Sequence record: SRR20825006_2421
Length of the DNA: 36,568 nucleotides
Reading direction: 5' to 3' (one strand)
The notes under the pieces were generated by a model, which made no database searches, was not told where the DNA came from, and saw nothing but the letters and a program-made list of their open reading frames with translations. Numbering within the stretch: position 1 is the first letter of the stretch; the number at the start of each line of letters is the position of its first letter. Shown in pieces: positions 9,467-19,200 of this stretch. Made by a program: the position numbers and the translations under genes.

Positions 9467-12136
9467 ATGGTTCGATTCTCCTCGCGCATGCTTCGCCGCT
9501 GGGCATATGGCTTGTTGTTACTGCTGGCCACCGTGCTGCTACTGATTCTGGTGGCGGTGGGTTGGGCCTATGGTACAGGCGTGCGCGTCAGTGAACCGGG
9601 TTGGCAGCAAGGCCTGACACTGGGTCAGTGGCGCCTGATACGCGACGATTGTGTGGCCGCCCGTGGCACGGACCTGACGCTCCAGGGCGTCTGGCCGCTC
9701 AAGATCAAGCAGCGGGTGCTTGCCGTCTACGATTGCAGAGCCGGGAACGCCCCGGAGTCATCCAGTGAGAGCTTCCCAGATGGGCTTCCCTGGACCCCGC
9801 CCTTTGATCTGCAGGTCGCCGAACTGGACCTGTCTGGATGGATTGATAGCCCCCTTCCCGTCATGGCGATGCAGCTTCATCAACAGGAGCAGCACTGGCA
9901 GCTGCAAGTGTCTGCACCGCAGGCGGCGCTACAGGCGCAATACCAACGTGCCGAGGGGCAATGGACTTTCAACAGTGAAGGGGCGCTGAGCGTGTTGTTG
10001 CCGGATTGGCAGGGCCACTGGCAACTGCATGGCGAAGGCAGCTGGCAAGGAGAGCCAGGCGGGGACATACAGCTGGAGATGCACTCGGCCGGACCGATAA
10101 CGCAATCGCAACGGGCGGACCTGGCCGCGCAAGCCCACTTTCAGGGCGCCGACTGGCATATGGTCGCAGATCTGGTCCAGCCATTGGTGCTGAATAATGA
10201 CTGGAAACTGACCGCCGCAGAGCCCCTTGCGGTGGCGGGCAAGGGGCTCGCGCTGACGAACGCCAGGGGCAAGCTGCAACTGGCAGGCCCGCCGGGCACG
10301 GTGATATTGCAGGCTCATAATGATCCCGGCGCAACCAACCAGGCTGGGCTTGAACAGGGCGGAGGGACGTTGCTGTTGCAGGGTGACAGCCTGGGCGGCC
10401 AGGTGGACTTTCATTGGCAGGATCGCATGCTGGTGCTTGAGCCCGCGTCGCTGACCTTGCCGCAAAATCTCACCGCGCAGTGGCAGGAGCCACTGCAGAT
10501 ACCCATGGCCCCCTCCGGCCGGGCCGATCTGCCGCTGCGGTTGGGTTACGACGGCTTGAACGTGAAAACCGGTGCCAGCCAGATTCAGTGGCAACGGGCA
10601 GGGGCTGAAGACGCGAGTCAGCTCGATTGGCAGTGGGCCGGCGATCTGTCGCTGCAGGGCCAGTGGCAGGGCTACCAATGGCAAGGCGAGTGGCAGGGCG
10701 CTGTCGGCAGTCATGGGCTGGAGGGTGAGCCCATGAAGCTCACGGCGCGGCAAGGGAGTGATCGTCTGAGCTTCCTGATGCCGGTAAATACCCTGCAAAG
10801 GGCGCCGTATGGTGCCGAGGCCAAGGTGACGGGCAAGATCTCCGGTTATCCGCTGGACGGTACCCTGGCTTTTGCCCAGTCCGGCGTCGGCTGGGCTGGT
10901 ACGCTCCAGGCCAGCACCACCTTGCCGCAGTTTGAGCGTGGCGGGCAGGTGACGATAAAGGCCCCCTGGTCGTTGGCGGATGGCACGGTCAGCGTGGCGG
11001 CAGGCAGCCAGGCGTCAATCACCGAAGGGCTTATCGGGCAGGCCCTGATCCGGCCGGTATCGCTGCGTGCATCGGGGCCGTTGCAGATCAATGAACAGGG
11101 CATCACCGGCACCGTGGCCATTCATGGCGGTGGTTTGCTGGCCGCCCGCTGGCGACTGCCGCCGATATCAGGAACGGCGACGATGACAGGCAAGCGGGTG
11201 CAGGGCCGGCTAACCGTCAGTGAGTGGCAAAGCGAATTGCGGGCCAATGGGGCGCTTGAGAATAACGGTGGTGCGAGCGGCACCTTGAGCATGCGCAGTG
11301 CGCTGGTGCCTGCCATGGGGGTTGGCCTGGCCGCTACTCCACGGCAAGGTCAGCTGGAAGGCAAAGGCCGCTGGCAATGGCGGCAGACGCTGAAAGCTTC
11401 CGGAGATATCACCCTTACCGGTGCGGATCTGGACTGGGGCAGCGTGACGGCCCGGGGTGCTGCCGGGGTGCTTCATGGTGAATACGATAACGGCCAAGTG
11501 CAGCTCAGCAGCAGGGGGCCCGTGACGGTGGACACCCTGGATATCGGCACGCCGATCACTGATCTGGCTCTCACCGTGAAAAGTGACCTGTCTCAATGGC
11601 AATTTACCGATATCCGGGCCGATCTGCTGGGTGGTTATTTACGATCCCCGGCACTGGACTGGCCCTCGGCCCGCCCGCAGCCGGTGGTGATCAGCCGTAT
11701 TGATCTCGCCGAAGTGGCGGCATTGCAAAACCCGCCACCGGTGTCACTGTCCGGGCGAGTCGGCGGCTATGTCCCCTTGCAGTTGGGAGCGGATTTTCTG
11801 GTCATTGAACAGGGGCGATTAGCCAACGAAGAGCCCCTGTCGTTGATCATTCCTGCCTCGTCCAGCGTGCAGGCCATGGCGGACTCCAATCAGGCGGTGA
11901 AATTGGCGCTGGACAGCCTTGGCACCCTGTTGATCAGCGACTTCCAGGCGCGCATGGCCATGGATAAAGTGGGTTGGCTGGATGCGGCGGTCACCATTAA
12001 AGGGATAAACCCGCAAAGAAAAAGTCTGCCGGTAGTGTTTAACTACACACATCGGGAAAACGTGTTGGCGTTGATGCGTAGCTTGCGCATTGGCGATGAA
12101 ATCACTGAACAACTGCGCACGGAGAATCGACAATGA
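9467..12136 (+). CDS. ydbH: YdbH family intermembrane bridge (AsmA-like) protein
   Basis: N-terminal TM anchor, long beta-rich body, C-terminal GINP...PVVFNYTHRENVLALMRSLRIG; adjacent to ynbE and ydbL. Confidence 0.85.
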   Translation: MVRFSSRMLRRWAYGLLLLLATVLLLILVAVGWAYGTGVRVSEPGWQQGLTLGQWRLIRDDCVAARGTDLTLQGVWPLKIKQRVLAVYDCRAGNAPESSSESFPDGLPWTPPFDLQVAELDLSGWIDSPLPVMAMQLHQQEQHWQLQVSAPQAALQAQYQRAEGQWTFNSEGALSVLLPDWQGHWQLHGEGSWQGEPGGDIQLEMHSAGPITQSQRADLAAQAHFQGADWHMVADLVQPLVLNNDWKLTAAEPLAVAGKGLALTNARGKLQLAGPPGTVILQAHNDPGATNQAGLEQGGGTLLLQGDSLGGQVDFHWQDRMLVLEPASLTLPQNLTAQWQEPLQIPMAPSGRADLPLRLGYDGLNVKTGASQIQWQRAGAEDASQLDWQWAGDLSLQGQWQGYQWQGEWQGAVGSHGLEGEPMKLTARQGSDRLSFLMPVNTLQRAPYGAEAKVTGKISGYPLDGTLAFAQSGVGWAGTLQASTTLPQFERGGQVTIKAPWSLADGTVSVAAGSQASITEGLIGQALIRPVSLRASGPLQINEQGITGTVAIHGGGLLAARWRLPPISGTATMTGKRVQGRLTVSEWQSELRANGALENNGGASGTLSMRSALVPAMGVGLAATPRQGQLEGKGRWQWRQTLKASGDITLTGADLDWGSVTARGAAGVLHGEYDNGQVQLSSRGPVTVDTLDIGTPITDLALTVKSDLSQWQFTDIRADLLGGYLRSPALDWPSARPQPVVISRIDLAEVAALQNPPPVSLSGRVGGYVPLQLGADFLVIEQGRLANEEPLSLIIPASSSVQAMADSNQAVKLALDSLGTLLISDFQARMAMDKVGWLDAAVTIKGINPQRKSLPVVFNYTHRENVLALMRSLRIGDEITEQLRTENRQ

Positions 12137-12324
12137 AAAAACTCGGGCTGGGCACGGTGTTGCTGGCCGGTTGGCTGTTGGCGGCTTGTACGCCCACAGT
12201 GGCCCTGAAAGCGCCGGAAGATCCCATCACTATTAACCTGAATGTGAAAATTGATCATGAAATCCGTTTGAAAGTGGAAAAGGATATCGATCAGTTGTTC
12301 AGTGAAGACAGCGACCTGTTTTAA
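12133..12324 (+). CDS. ynbE: YnbE family lipoprotein
   Basis: Lipobox LAAC; PITINLNVKIDHEIRLKVEKD motif; ATGA overlap with ydbH. Confidence 0.92.
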   Translation: MKKLGLGTVLLAGWLLAACTPTVALKAPEDPITINLNVKIDHEIRLKVEKDIDQLFSEDSDLF

Positions 12325-12333
12325 GGAGTGGGT

Positions 12334-12657
12334 ATGAAAATGTTGAAATCTGCATTGGCCATGGTGGCCTTGCTGCTGAGTATGGCCGCATTTGCGCTGG
12401 ATCTGGACGCAGCGAAAAGCCAGGGGTTGGTTGGTGAGCAGACCGATGGTTACCTGGGTGTTGTCAAAGCGACGCCGGCAGCGGTAGAGCTGGCAGCGGA
12501 TATTAATCAGAAACGTCGGGCCGCTTACGAGCGCATTGCCAAACAAAACGGTATCACGCTGGAGCAGGTGGCCAGATTGGCGGGCCAAAAAGCGATTGAT
12601 AAAACCGAAGCCGGGCAGTACGTGAAGACGCCGGGTGGCCAATGGGTAGAGAAATAA
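12334..12657 (+). CDS. ydbL: YdbL family (DUF1318) periplasmic protein
   Basis: Signal peptide, AKSQGLVGEQTDGYLG and INQKRRAAY; AAGGAG RBS; start at 12328 or 12334. Confidence 0.9.
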   Translation: MKMLKSALAMVALLLSMAAFALDLDAAKSQGLVGEQTDGYLGVVKATPAAVELAADINQKRRAAYERIAKQNGITLEQVARLAGQKAIDKTEAGQYVKTPGGQWVEK

Positions 12658-12864
12658 TTTTTATAAAAATTGTTTTTCTACGAAAGCATTGGGGCTAAAG
12701 TTCCAGTTAATGATTTTGGATTACTTTTATGTAGCCCGTTGATAGTAAGCAGGTTAATTTTAAGTAAATTCAGTGTCATATAGTCGCTTCGGTAGCTGCT
12801 TGTTTCTCTTCGCAGTGTTTAAATCCTCCCAAGAAATTTTGGAATAAAGGGAAAGGACACTGCC

Positions 12865-13971
12865 ATGAAAACAATTTTGCGTATGACGGCTGCAATGCCG
12901 CTGCTGATTAGCCCCTTCGCTCTGGCTGGAGAAAATGTCCCTGACCAATACGGGTACATCGGTGGTCACGCCAGTTATTATAACTTTTACGACAACGATG
13001 TAATCGGCAATGGCGGCGACGGCCTGGATGATGCCCCTTTCTTGGGTGGCCAACTGGGCTGGCGTTTTGCACCAAACTGGTCCGTACAGGGTTGGTACGA
13101 AGAAGTAGACGGTGATGCGGAGAGTAAATACAACTCCGGTCGTCGTCTGGATATGAAAAATTATTACGTCAGTGGCCGTTACCACTTTAATGACCATGGC
13201 CTGCTGGGTTTCGAACCCTATGCGGGTATCAACGTGGGCGAGCAGCTGATTGAAAGCCTGAATAACCCCAACAGTGATGATAACGACGAGCTGATGACCG
13301 GTGTGGAACTGGGTGTGCAGCGCGCGTTCTTCAAGCACGTGATTCTGGACCTGGGCACCCGTCATGCTTACAGCCAGGACCGGGAATACTGGGAAGGCCA
13401 GGTTTATGCCGGTATTAATCTGGCGTTTGGTATCAGCGATGACAGCGGCGACAGCAGTGACGATGAAGTGGTTGCTGCAACCCCTGCGGAAGTGGTGACT
13501 GGCGACAGTGACGGCGATGGTGTTAACGATGACAAGGATCGTTGCCCGAGCACTGCTTCTGATGCGGTAGTGGATGCGGACGGCTGTCAGGTCTACGAGT
13601 CCATGCAGAATCGTGAAACCTCGGTGATTTACTTCGGCTTTGACCGCGACACCATTCAGGGTCAGTTCAGCGATGAAATCAAAGGTGTGGCGGATCGCCT
13701 GAATGCGGGCGAGCAAGGGCGCATTCGTGTGGAAGGCCATGCGGACAGCACAGGCCCGGCCGATTACAACCAAAGCTTGTCAGAGCGTCGTGCCGAGTCG
13801 GTGAAAGACCGTCTGATGAAAGACTTCTCGGTAGGGTCTGACAAGATCACTACGCAAGGCTTTGGCGAGAGCAAGCCAGTGGGCGATAACAGCACCTCTG
13901 ACGGCCGCGCCAAGAATCGCCGCGCGGATATCATTGTGGAAACCGAAGAGAAAGAAGCGCAGTTCAAATAA
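12865..13971 (+). CDS. OmpA/OprF-family outer membrane protein
   Basis: Signal peptide, beta-barrel N-domain, Ca-binding TSP3-like DSDGDGVNDDKDRCP, OmpA C-domain EGHADSTG..YNQSLSERRAESV..NRR. Confidence 0.92.
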   Translation: MKTILRMTAAMPLLISPFALAGENVPDQYGYIGGHASYYNFYDNDVIGNGGDGLDDAPFLGGQLGWRFAPNWSVQGWYEEVDGDAESKYNSGRRLDMKNYYVSGRYHFNDHGLLGFEPYAGINVGEQLIESLNNPNSDDNDELMTGVELGVQRAFFKHVILDLGTRHAYSQDREYWEGQVYAGINLAFGISDDSGDSSDDEVVAATPAEVVTGDSDGDGVNDDKDRCPSTASDAVVDADGCQVYESMQNRETSVIYFGFDRDTIQGQFSDEIKGVADRLNAGEQGRIRVEGHADSTGPADYNQSLSERRAESVKDRLMKDFSVGSDKITTQGFGESKPVGDNSTSDGRAKNRRADIIVETEEKEAQFK

Positions 13972-13991
13972 GCGCGAGATGGTGAAACAAG

Positions 13992-14021
13992 AAACGGGAT
14001 GCTTCGGCATCCCGTTTTTTT
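13992..14021 (+). terminator. Intrinsic terminator after the ompA-like gene
   Basis: AAACGGGATGC-TTCG-GCATCCCGTTTTTTT (UUCG loop). Confidence 0.9.
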
Positions 14022-14037
14022 ATGCCGCTCTGCGGCT

Positions 14038-14104
14038 GCAACACGCGTCACGCAACAGGCAACACGCTATGCGCCTGCTGTGCTTTTCAATTTTGAATTT
14101 TCAA
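14038..14104. repeat. 7-bp periodic repeats at the 3' end of recD
   Basis: GCAACAC GCGTCAC GCAACAG GCAACAC (14038-14065) and TTTTCAA TTTTGAA TTTTCAA (14084-14104). Confidence 0.7.
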
Positions 14105-16038
14105 CTCAGCCTCTCTGCCAACCCAGACGCCCGCCAAGTCCGTTTCTTCACTGCACTGTCCAGCACTGCCGGTTTGCCGAATTCCAGCAAGGTGAAGCGA
14201 TCGCGTGCACGGGTCACCGCGGTGTAGATCAGTTCCCGGGTGAGGAGCGGATGGGAAGCGTCTGGCAGCACCAACAGGGTATGCCTGAATTCCGAGCCCT
14301 GTGACTTGTGCACCGTCATGGCATAGACGGTTTCCACGCCGTCCAGGCGACTGGGTAGGACCCACTTGATACGACCGTCTGGCAACTGGAATGCCACTCT
14401 CAGCAGCAACTCCGGTTTCCCTGATTTTTCCTCAAGCAAGGGTAGTGTCAGCCCCACATCGCCGTTCATCAAGCCCAGCTGGTAGTCGTTGCGGGTCATC
14501 ATTACCGGGCGGCCGGGGTACCAATCCCGTTCCGGCGCCAGCTCCTGTTGTTGCAGGTGGCGGGTGATGCGCTGGTTGAGCTGTTCCACACCAAAGGGCC
14601 CGCTACGCAGACCGCTGAGTAACTGTTGATGAGTGAGTTGCCTGAGCAGCCCCGCAGCCCAGTTATCGAAGTCCTGCCGTTGCCCGGGAGGTGTGGCTAC
14701 GGTGTTAAACAGCGCGCGCAATCCACCGCGATCACCGCTGCCGTTCAGCAGCAAGGTTTCCAGCTGTTGGCTGTCGCTGCTCAGGGGTCGGCGATGCAGG
14801 CTGTCCGGGTACTGCTGAAACGTCTTGCGCACCTGCGGCAGATTGTCTTCGTTCACAGCTCGGGCCAGTGCGCCGATCCCTGGGCTGTCTTTGGAGCGCC
14901 AGTTGGTCCGCAGCATGGCAGTTTGTTGGGCCAGGGCGTTGCCGGGTTGCTGATCTGTTTCACGGTAGTCGCTGATGTCGGCATCGCAGGTGCTGCTAAT
15001 GAAATCGATGGTGTCCTGTTGATAACGGCCTTCGTGGGCATGTCGACACAAGTCCCCCATCACCGCGCCGGCCTCCACGCTGGCAAGCTGGTCCTTGTCA
15101 CCCAGCAGGATCAGCCGCGTATGTGGGCCCAGGGCTTCCAGCAGACTGGCCATCATGTCCATGTCGATCATGCTGGCCTCGTCCACCACTACCAGGTCAG
15201 CGTGTAGCGGATTGTCAGCATGGTGACGGAAGTGACGGCTGTCCGGGCGGGTGCCGAGCAGGCGGTGCAGGGTGGTGACTTCCGTGGGGATGGCGTCGCG
15301 TACGGTAGTGTCCACATCGAGTTGTTCTACCTGTTCGCCGATGGATTCGGTAAGCCTCGCTGCGGCCTTGCCGGTGGGGGCGGCGAGGCGAATGCGCAGC
15401 CGCTGGTTGTCTGCCATGGCCAGGCTTTGCAGCAGACCCAGCAGGCGAACCACGGTGGTGGTTTTGCCGGTACCGGGGCCGCCGGTGATGATGCCGATAC
15501 CGCTGCGGCTGGCCAGGGCGCAAGCTATCTGCTGCCAGTCGGTTTGGCCGTTGGTGCTCGGGAATAATCGGGCCAGGGCGGCGCGCAGCGTGGCGGCGGG
15601 TAACGGGCTGGTTGTGGCCAGGCGTTGCTCGATGGCCTTGGCCACGGCCACTTCCCGGGCCCAGTTGCGGCGCAGGTAAAGACGGCTGCCGTTCAGCACC
15701 AGTGGTGTGCTGCCATTCTGACTTACCAGTGGGCTGTGTTGCAGGTCATGGAGCCAATCGTCCGGCTTCCCGGGCAGCAGGGAGACCAGTTCCGGCGGCG
15801 GGCTGGTGCCCCACAGCTGGGTGCCCAGCTCCCGGTTTTTCAGATCCAGACACAGATGGCCGCTGGCTTGCTGATTACTGGTGAAAGCGGCGAGCAGCAG
15901 GACGGGATAACTTGCCTGCGGACATTGCTGTTTAAGAAAGCGGGCAATGGCCACGTCCAGATCGCGGAGCAAATGGTTGTCACGCAGCAGAAGCAGGGCA
16001 TCTTCCCAGGTGAGGGCGGAGAACAGGTCAGTTTGCAT
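14101..16038 (-). CDS. recD: Exodeoxyribonuclease V alpha subunit RecD
   Basis: ITGGPGTGKTT, AAPTGKAA, VVDEASM, LGDKDQLASV and AMTVHKSQGSEF; GGAGG RBS before ATG 16038. Confidence 0.96.
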   Translation of the reverse strand: MQTDLFSALTWEDALLLLRDNHLLRDLDVAIARFLKQQCPQASYPVLLLAAFTSNQQASGHLCLDLKNRELGTQLWGTSPPPELVSLLPGKPDDWLHDLQHSPLVSQNGSTPLVLNGSRLYLRRNWAREVAVAKAIEQRLATTSPLPAATLRAALARLFPSTNGQTDWQQIACALASRSGIGIITGGPGTGKTTTVVRLLGLLQSLAMADNQRLRIRLAAPTGKAAARLTESIGEQVEQLDVDTTVRDAIPTEVTTLHRLLGTRPDSRHFRHHADNPLHADLVVVDEASMIDMDMMASLLEALGPHTRLILLGDKDQLASVEAGAVMGDLCRHAHEGRYQQDTIDFISSTCDADISDYRETDQQPGNALAQQTAMLRTNWRSKDSPGIGALARAVNEDNLPQVRKTFQQYPDSLHRRPLSSDSQQLETLLLNGSGDRGGLRALFNTVATPPGQRQDFDNWAAGLLRQLTHQQLLSGLRSGPFGVEQLNQRITRHLQQQELAPERDWYPGRPVMMTRNDYQLGLMNGDVGLTLPLLEEKSGKPELLLRVAFQLPDGRIKWVLPSRLDGVETVYAMTVHKSQGSEFRHTLLVLPDASHPLLTRELIYTAVTRARDRFTLLEFGKPAVLDSAVKKRTWRASGLAERLS

Positions 16039-16055
16039 GTGAAGCCTCCGACCCG

Positions 16056-16213
16056 GTTGAAAGTTCAAAGTTGAAAGTTGAAACGCGGGAAAGGGTTGAG
16101 CTCGTCGAGCAGGTTTTACGCCGCGATTTGTGTGTTGTGGTGCGCGGGTATGGCATTGCCGTGGCAGAAGGGTGTGTTCGCGCTTTTAAACTTTTAACTT
16201 TCAACTTTGAACT
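16056..16213. repeat. Heptamer-repeat inverted-repeat element between recB and recD
   Basis: Left arm GTTGAAA GTTCAAA GTTGAAA GTTGAAA; right arm TTTTAAC TTTCAAC TTTGAAC; 18-bp perfect inverted repeat (16062-16079 vs 16196-16213). Confidence 0.85.
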
Positions 16214-19200
16214 CATACGCCACCTCCAAACATCCCATCGAGCCTTTCAATCAACGCCGTGTCCGGTCGATCAAATACGGTGCCCGCCGCCGGGCCTTGC
16301 AAGCCGCGGAGAAAGACATAGACGGCGCCGCCCAGGTGTTGGTCAGGATCGTAATCCGGCAGGCGGCTTTTCAGCAGGCGGTGCAGGGCGAGCAGGTAGA
16401 GGACGTATTGCACTTCGTAGCGTTTTTCCAGCACGGCGTTGGTCATGGCATCCAGGGTGTAGGCGCTGTCATCCACGCCCAGCCAGTTGGATTTGTAGTC
16501 GAGCACGAAATACTTGCCGTCGTGTTCGAACACCAGATCGATAAAGCCCTTGAGCATGCCGTTGAGGGTATCCGCTTCCAGTCGCGGGCGCGGATGCTGT
16601 GGATGAATGTGCTGGCGGATCAGCGTGTCCATCTCGGCCACTTTCACCTGGTGGGCGGGGAACAGGAATTCCAGTTCTGGCACATAGGTGTGCAGGGTAT
16701 TAAGGGCGATCTCAGCGTGTTTCAGCGGCAAGGGCGTGGTCACCGCCTGTTTCCACCAGTGGCGGATCACTTCCATAAAATCCTGCCAGCCCCGGGCCTG
16801 CAGTTTTTCTTCCACACTGGTTTCAAACTCGGTGGGGGCGGCCAGGGTTTGCGTGAAGCCTTGGTTGGCGGCCTGTTCGAGCACATCGTGCAGCAGGGTG
16901 CCGGGTGCGGCGCCACGGGGGAAGGCGTGGATGGTATCCGGTAACGGCTCGGCGTCATCCATAACGGTGTCGTCCTGCTGCTCGGCCAGTTGATCGCCGC
17001 GTGGGTCCGCCGGGGCCAGGGTTTCCTGTACCTGTTTTAGTGCGCTATAGCTGGCAATCCACCAGGGTTGCCGTTGTCGGGCCACAGGAGTCAGCGGGGC
17101 GCGCAGGGTTCGCGATTCCGCTTTGGGTTGATAGCATTCCGTGTTGCTGTCCGGTGCCTGGATGATGTCCACCGCATCATGGGAGACGGGTGTCAGCGCG
17201 GCCCGCAAGCCGTCGTTGGCCACGCCGTTGCCGAACAGCAAACGGCCGATGGCGCTTTTCTCCAGCTGGTTCTGTTTGCCACGACCCTTGATGTAGGGGG
17301 CCAGCCCCAAGGTACAGGTGTGGCAGGCGCGGGTCAGGGCCACGTAGAGCAGGCGCATATCTTCGGCGAGCCGCTCGTGATCCGCCTTGTTTTCTATCGC
17401 CTCGTCGGGTTCCAGCGAGACGTTGAGATGATCGTTTTCGTGATAGCGCAGTGGCGGCTTGTTCTTGTCCGCCGGGCGGAAGCTGCAAATAAAAGGCAGG
17501 TATACCAGCGGGTACTCCAGCCCTTTGGATTTGTGGATGGTGATGACCTTGACCCGGTCGTCATCACTTTCCAGGCGCAGGATGCTTTCCTTGCTGCTGC
17601 CGCGACCTTCCTCGACCGTTCTTTCTACAATGTCTTCCAGATAGCGAATCAATGACTGTTCGCCGTCCAGTTGGGTGGCGGCCTGTTGCAACAGTTCGGC
17701 CAGGTGCAGCAGGTTAGTCAGGGCTCGTTCGCCGTCCAGGCTCTGGCTGAGCCGGGCGGGCACATGAAAACCCATCAACAGGCTGCGCAGCATGGGCAGC
17801 ACGCCCTGAGTCTGCCATTGCTGGCGATAGCCGTGGAACTGCTCCACGGTTTCTTCCCAGCGGACTTCATCCTGATTGAGAGCATCCAGTTCCGCGTAGG
17901 CCAGGTCCAGCACTGCGCAGGCCAGGGCGCTGCGCACCCGGGTGTCGGATTCCGGGCTGGCGCAGGCATGCAGGATCAGCAGCAGGTCATGGGCTTCGGG
18001 CTGGGCAAAGACGGAATCCTGATCGGATAGATAAACGCTGCGTACCTGACGTTCCATCAGTGCATCGCGGATGGCTTTGGCTTCGGTGCGATCGCGTACC
18101 AGGATGGCAATGTCGTTGGGGTGCAGGGGCCGGAAGCTGTCGGCTTTCCGGAAGCCGGTGACGCCGTTGACGGCACCGTTGAGCAGATGGGCAATTTCGC
18201 TGGCGCAACGTGCCGCCTGCTCGTCCCGGTACTGGCCGGCGCTCACCGGTTTTTCCTGCTCGTCCACCCACAGGGTAATGCCGGATTTTTCTTTGTTGTC
18301 GACGAGCAGAACGTCATTGCGACCGTTGGCCTTAACCGCTTCAAACGGAATGGCGTTGTCCATCATGAACACATCGCCAAAGGTGTTCTGGCTGTAGCTG
18401 AACAGATGGTTCACCGCGTGGACCATGGCGTCGGCGCTGCGAAAGTTTTTGTCCAGGGTGTAGTGGTTGCCTTCGGTGGCTCGGCGGGCTTTCAGGTAAG
18501 TGAAGACGTCCGCGCCCCGGAACGCATAGATGGCCTGTTTGGGGTCGCCAATCATGAACCAGCCGGTGTCTTGTTGTCCTTCGTAAAGCGCAGAAAAAAT
18601 GCCGTACTGAGTCGGGTCGGTATCCTGGAATTCGTCGATCAGCGCCACCGGAAACTGATCGCGGATGACCTGGGCTAGGCGCTCACCGTTGCCGCCTCTC
18701 AAGGCATCGTGCAGGCGGGTGAGCATGTCGTCGAATCCCATGGTGGCGGTCTGGCGACGGACCTGGTCCACGCGCCGGTCGATCCAAGCGGCGGCATGGG
18801 CGAGCAGGTCGGTACGGGGCAGAGCGGTGTTTGCCCGGCCTTCCATAACCGTATCGAGCTGTTGGCAGAAAACAAAATCCGGACGGTGATCCTGGCCGGC
18901 CTTGGTGAGTTTCATGCCCTCATGGGAAAACTTGGCCAGTATGTCATAGGCTTTGCCGTTGAGTCGTTCGCCGTTGGCGTAGCGCTGCAGGGTCTGCAGC
19001 ATGCCTGGCAGGCTGGTGGTGCGGTAGCTGTTGCCGTTCAGCCACTTGTTGTCGCGAGCGGCGCGCACCCATTCGAGAAAGTCCGGCAGTTCGTCCGCCA
19101 GTTGCTGGCGTGCCTGCTGGTCCTTGTTCGCTTGCGGGCCGGTTTGTGTGAGCCAGTGTGTGACGCTTTGTGGTAATGCCTCAGGGTCAGCTTCTTTCAA

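Noticed and set aside
12760-13773. 337-aa minus-strand ORF
   Set aside because: Antisense shadow of the ompA-like gene.
16071-16544. ORF starting in the recB-recD spacer as a possible cargo gene of the repeat element
   Set aside because: Starts at a TTG within the repeat, runs antisense into recB and has no recognisable domain.
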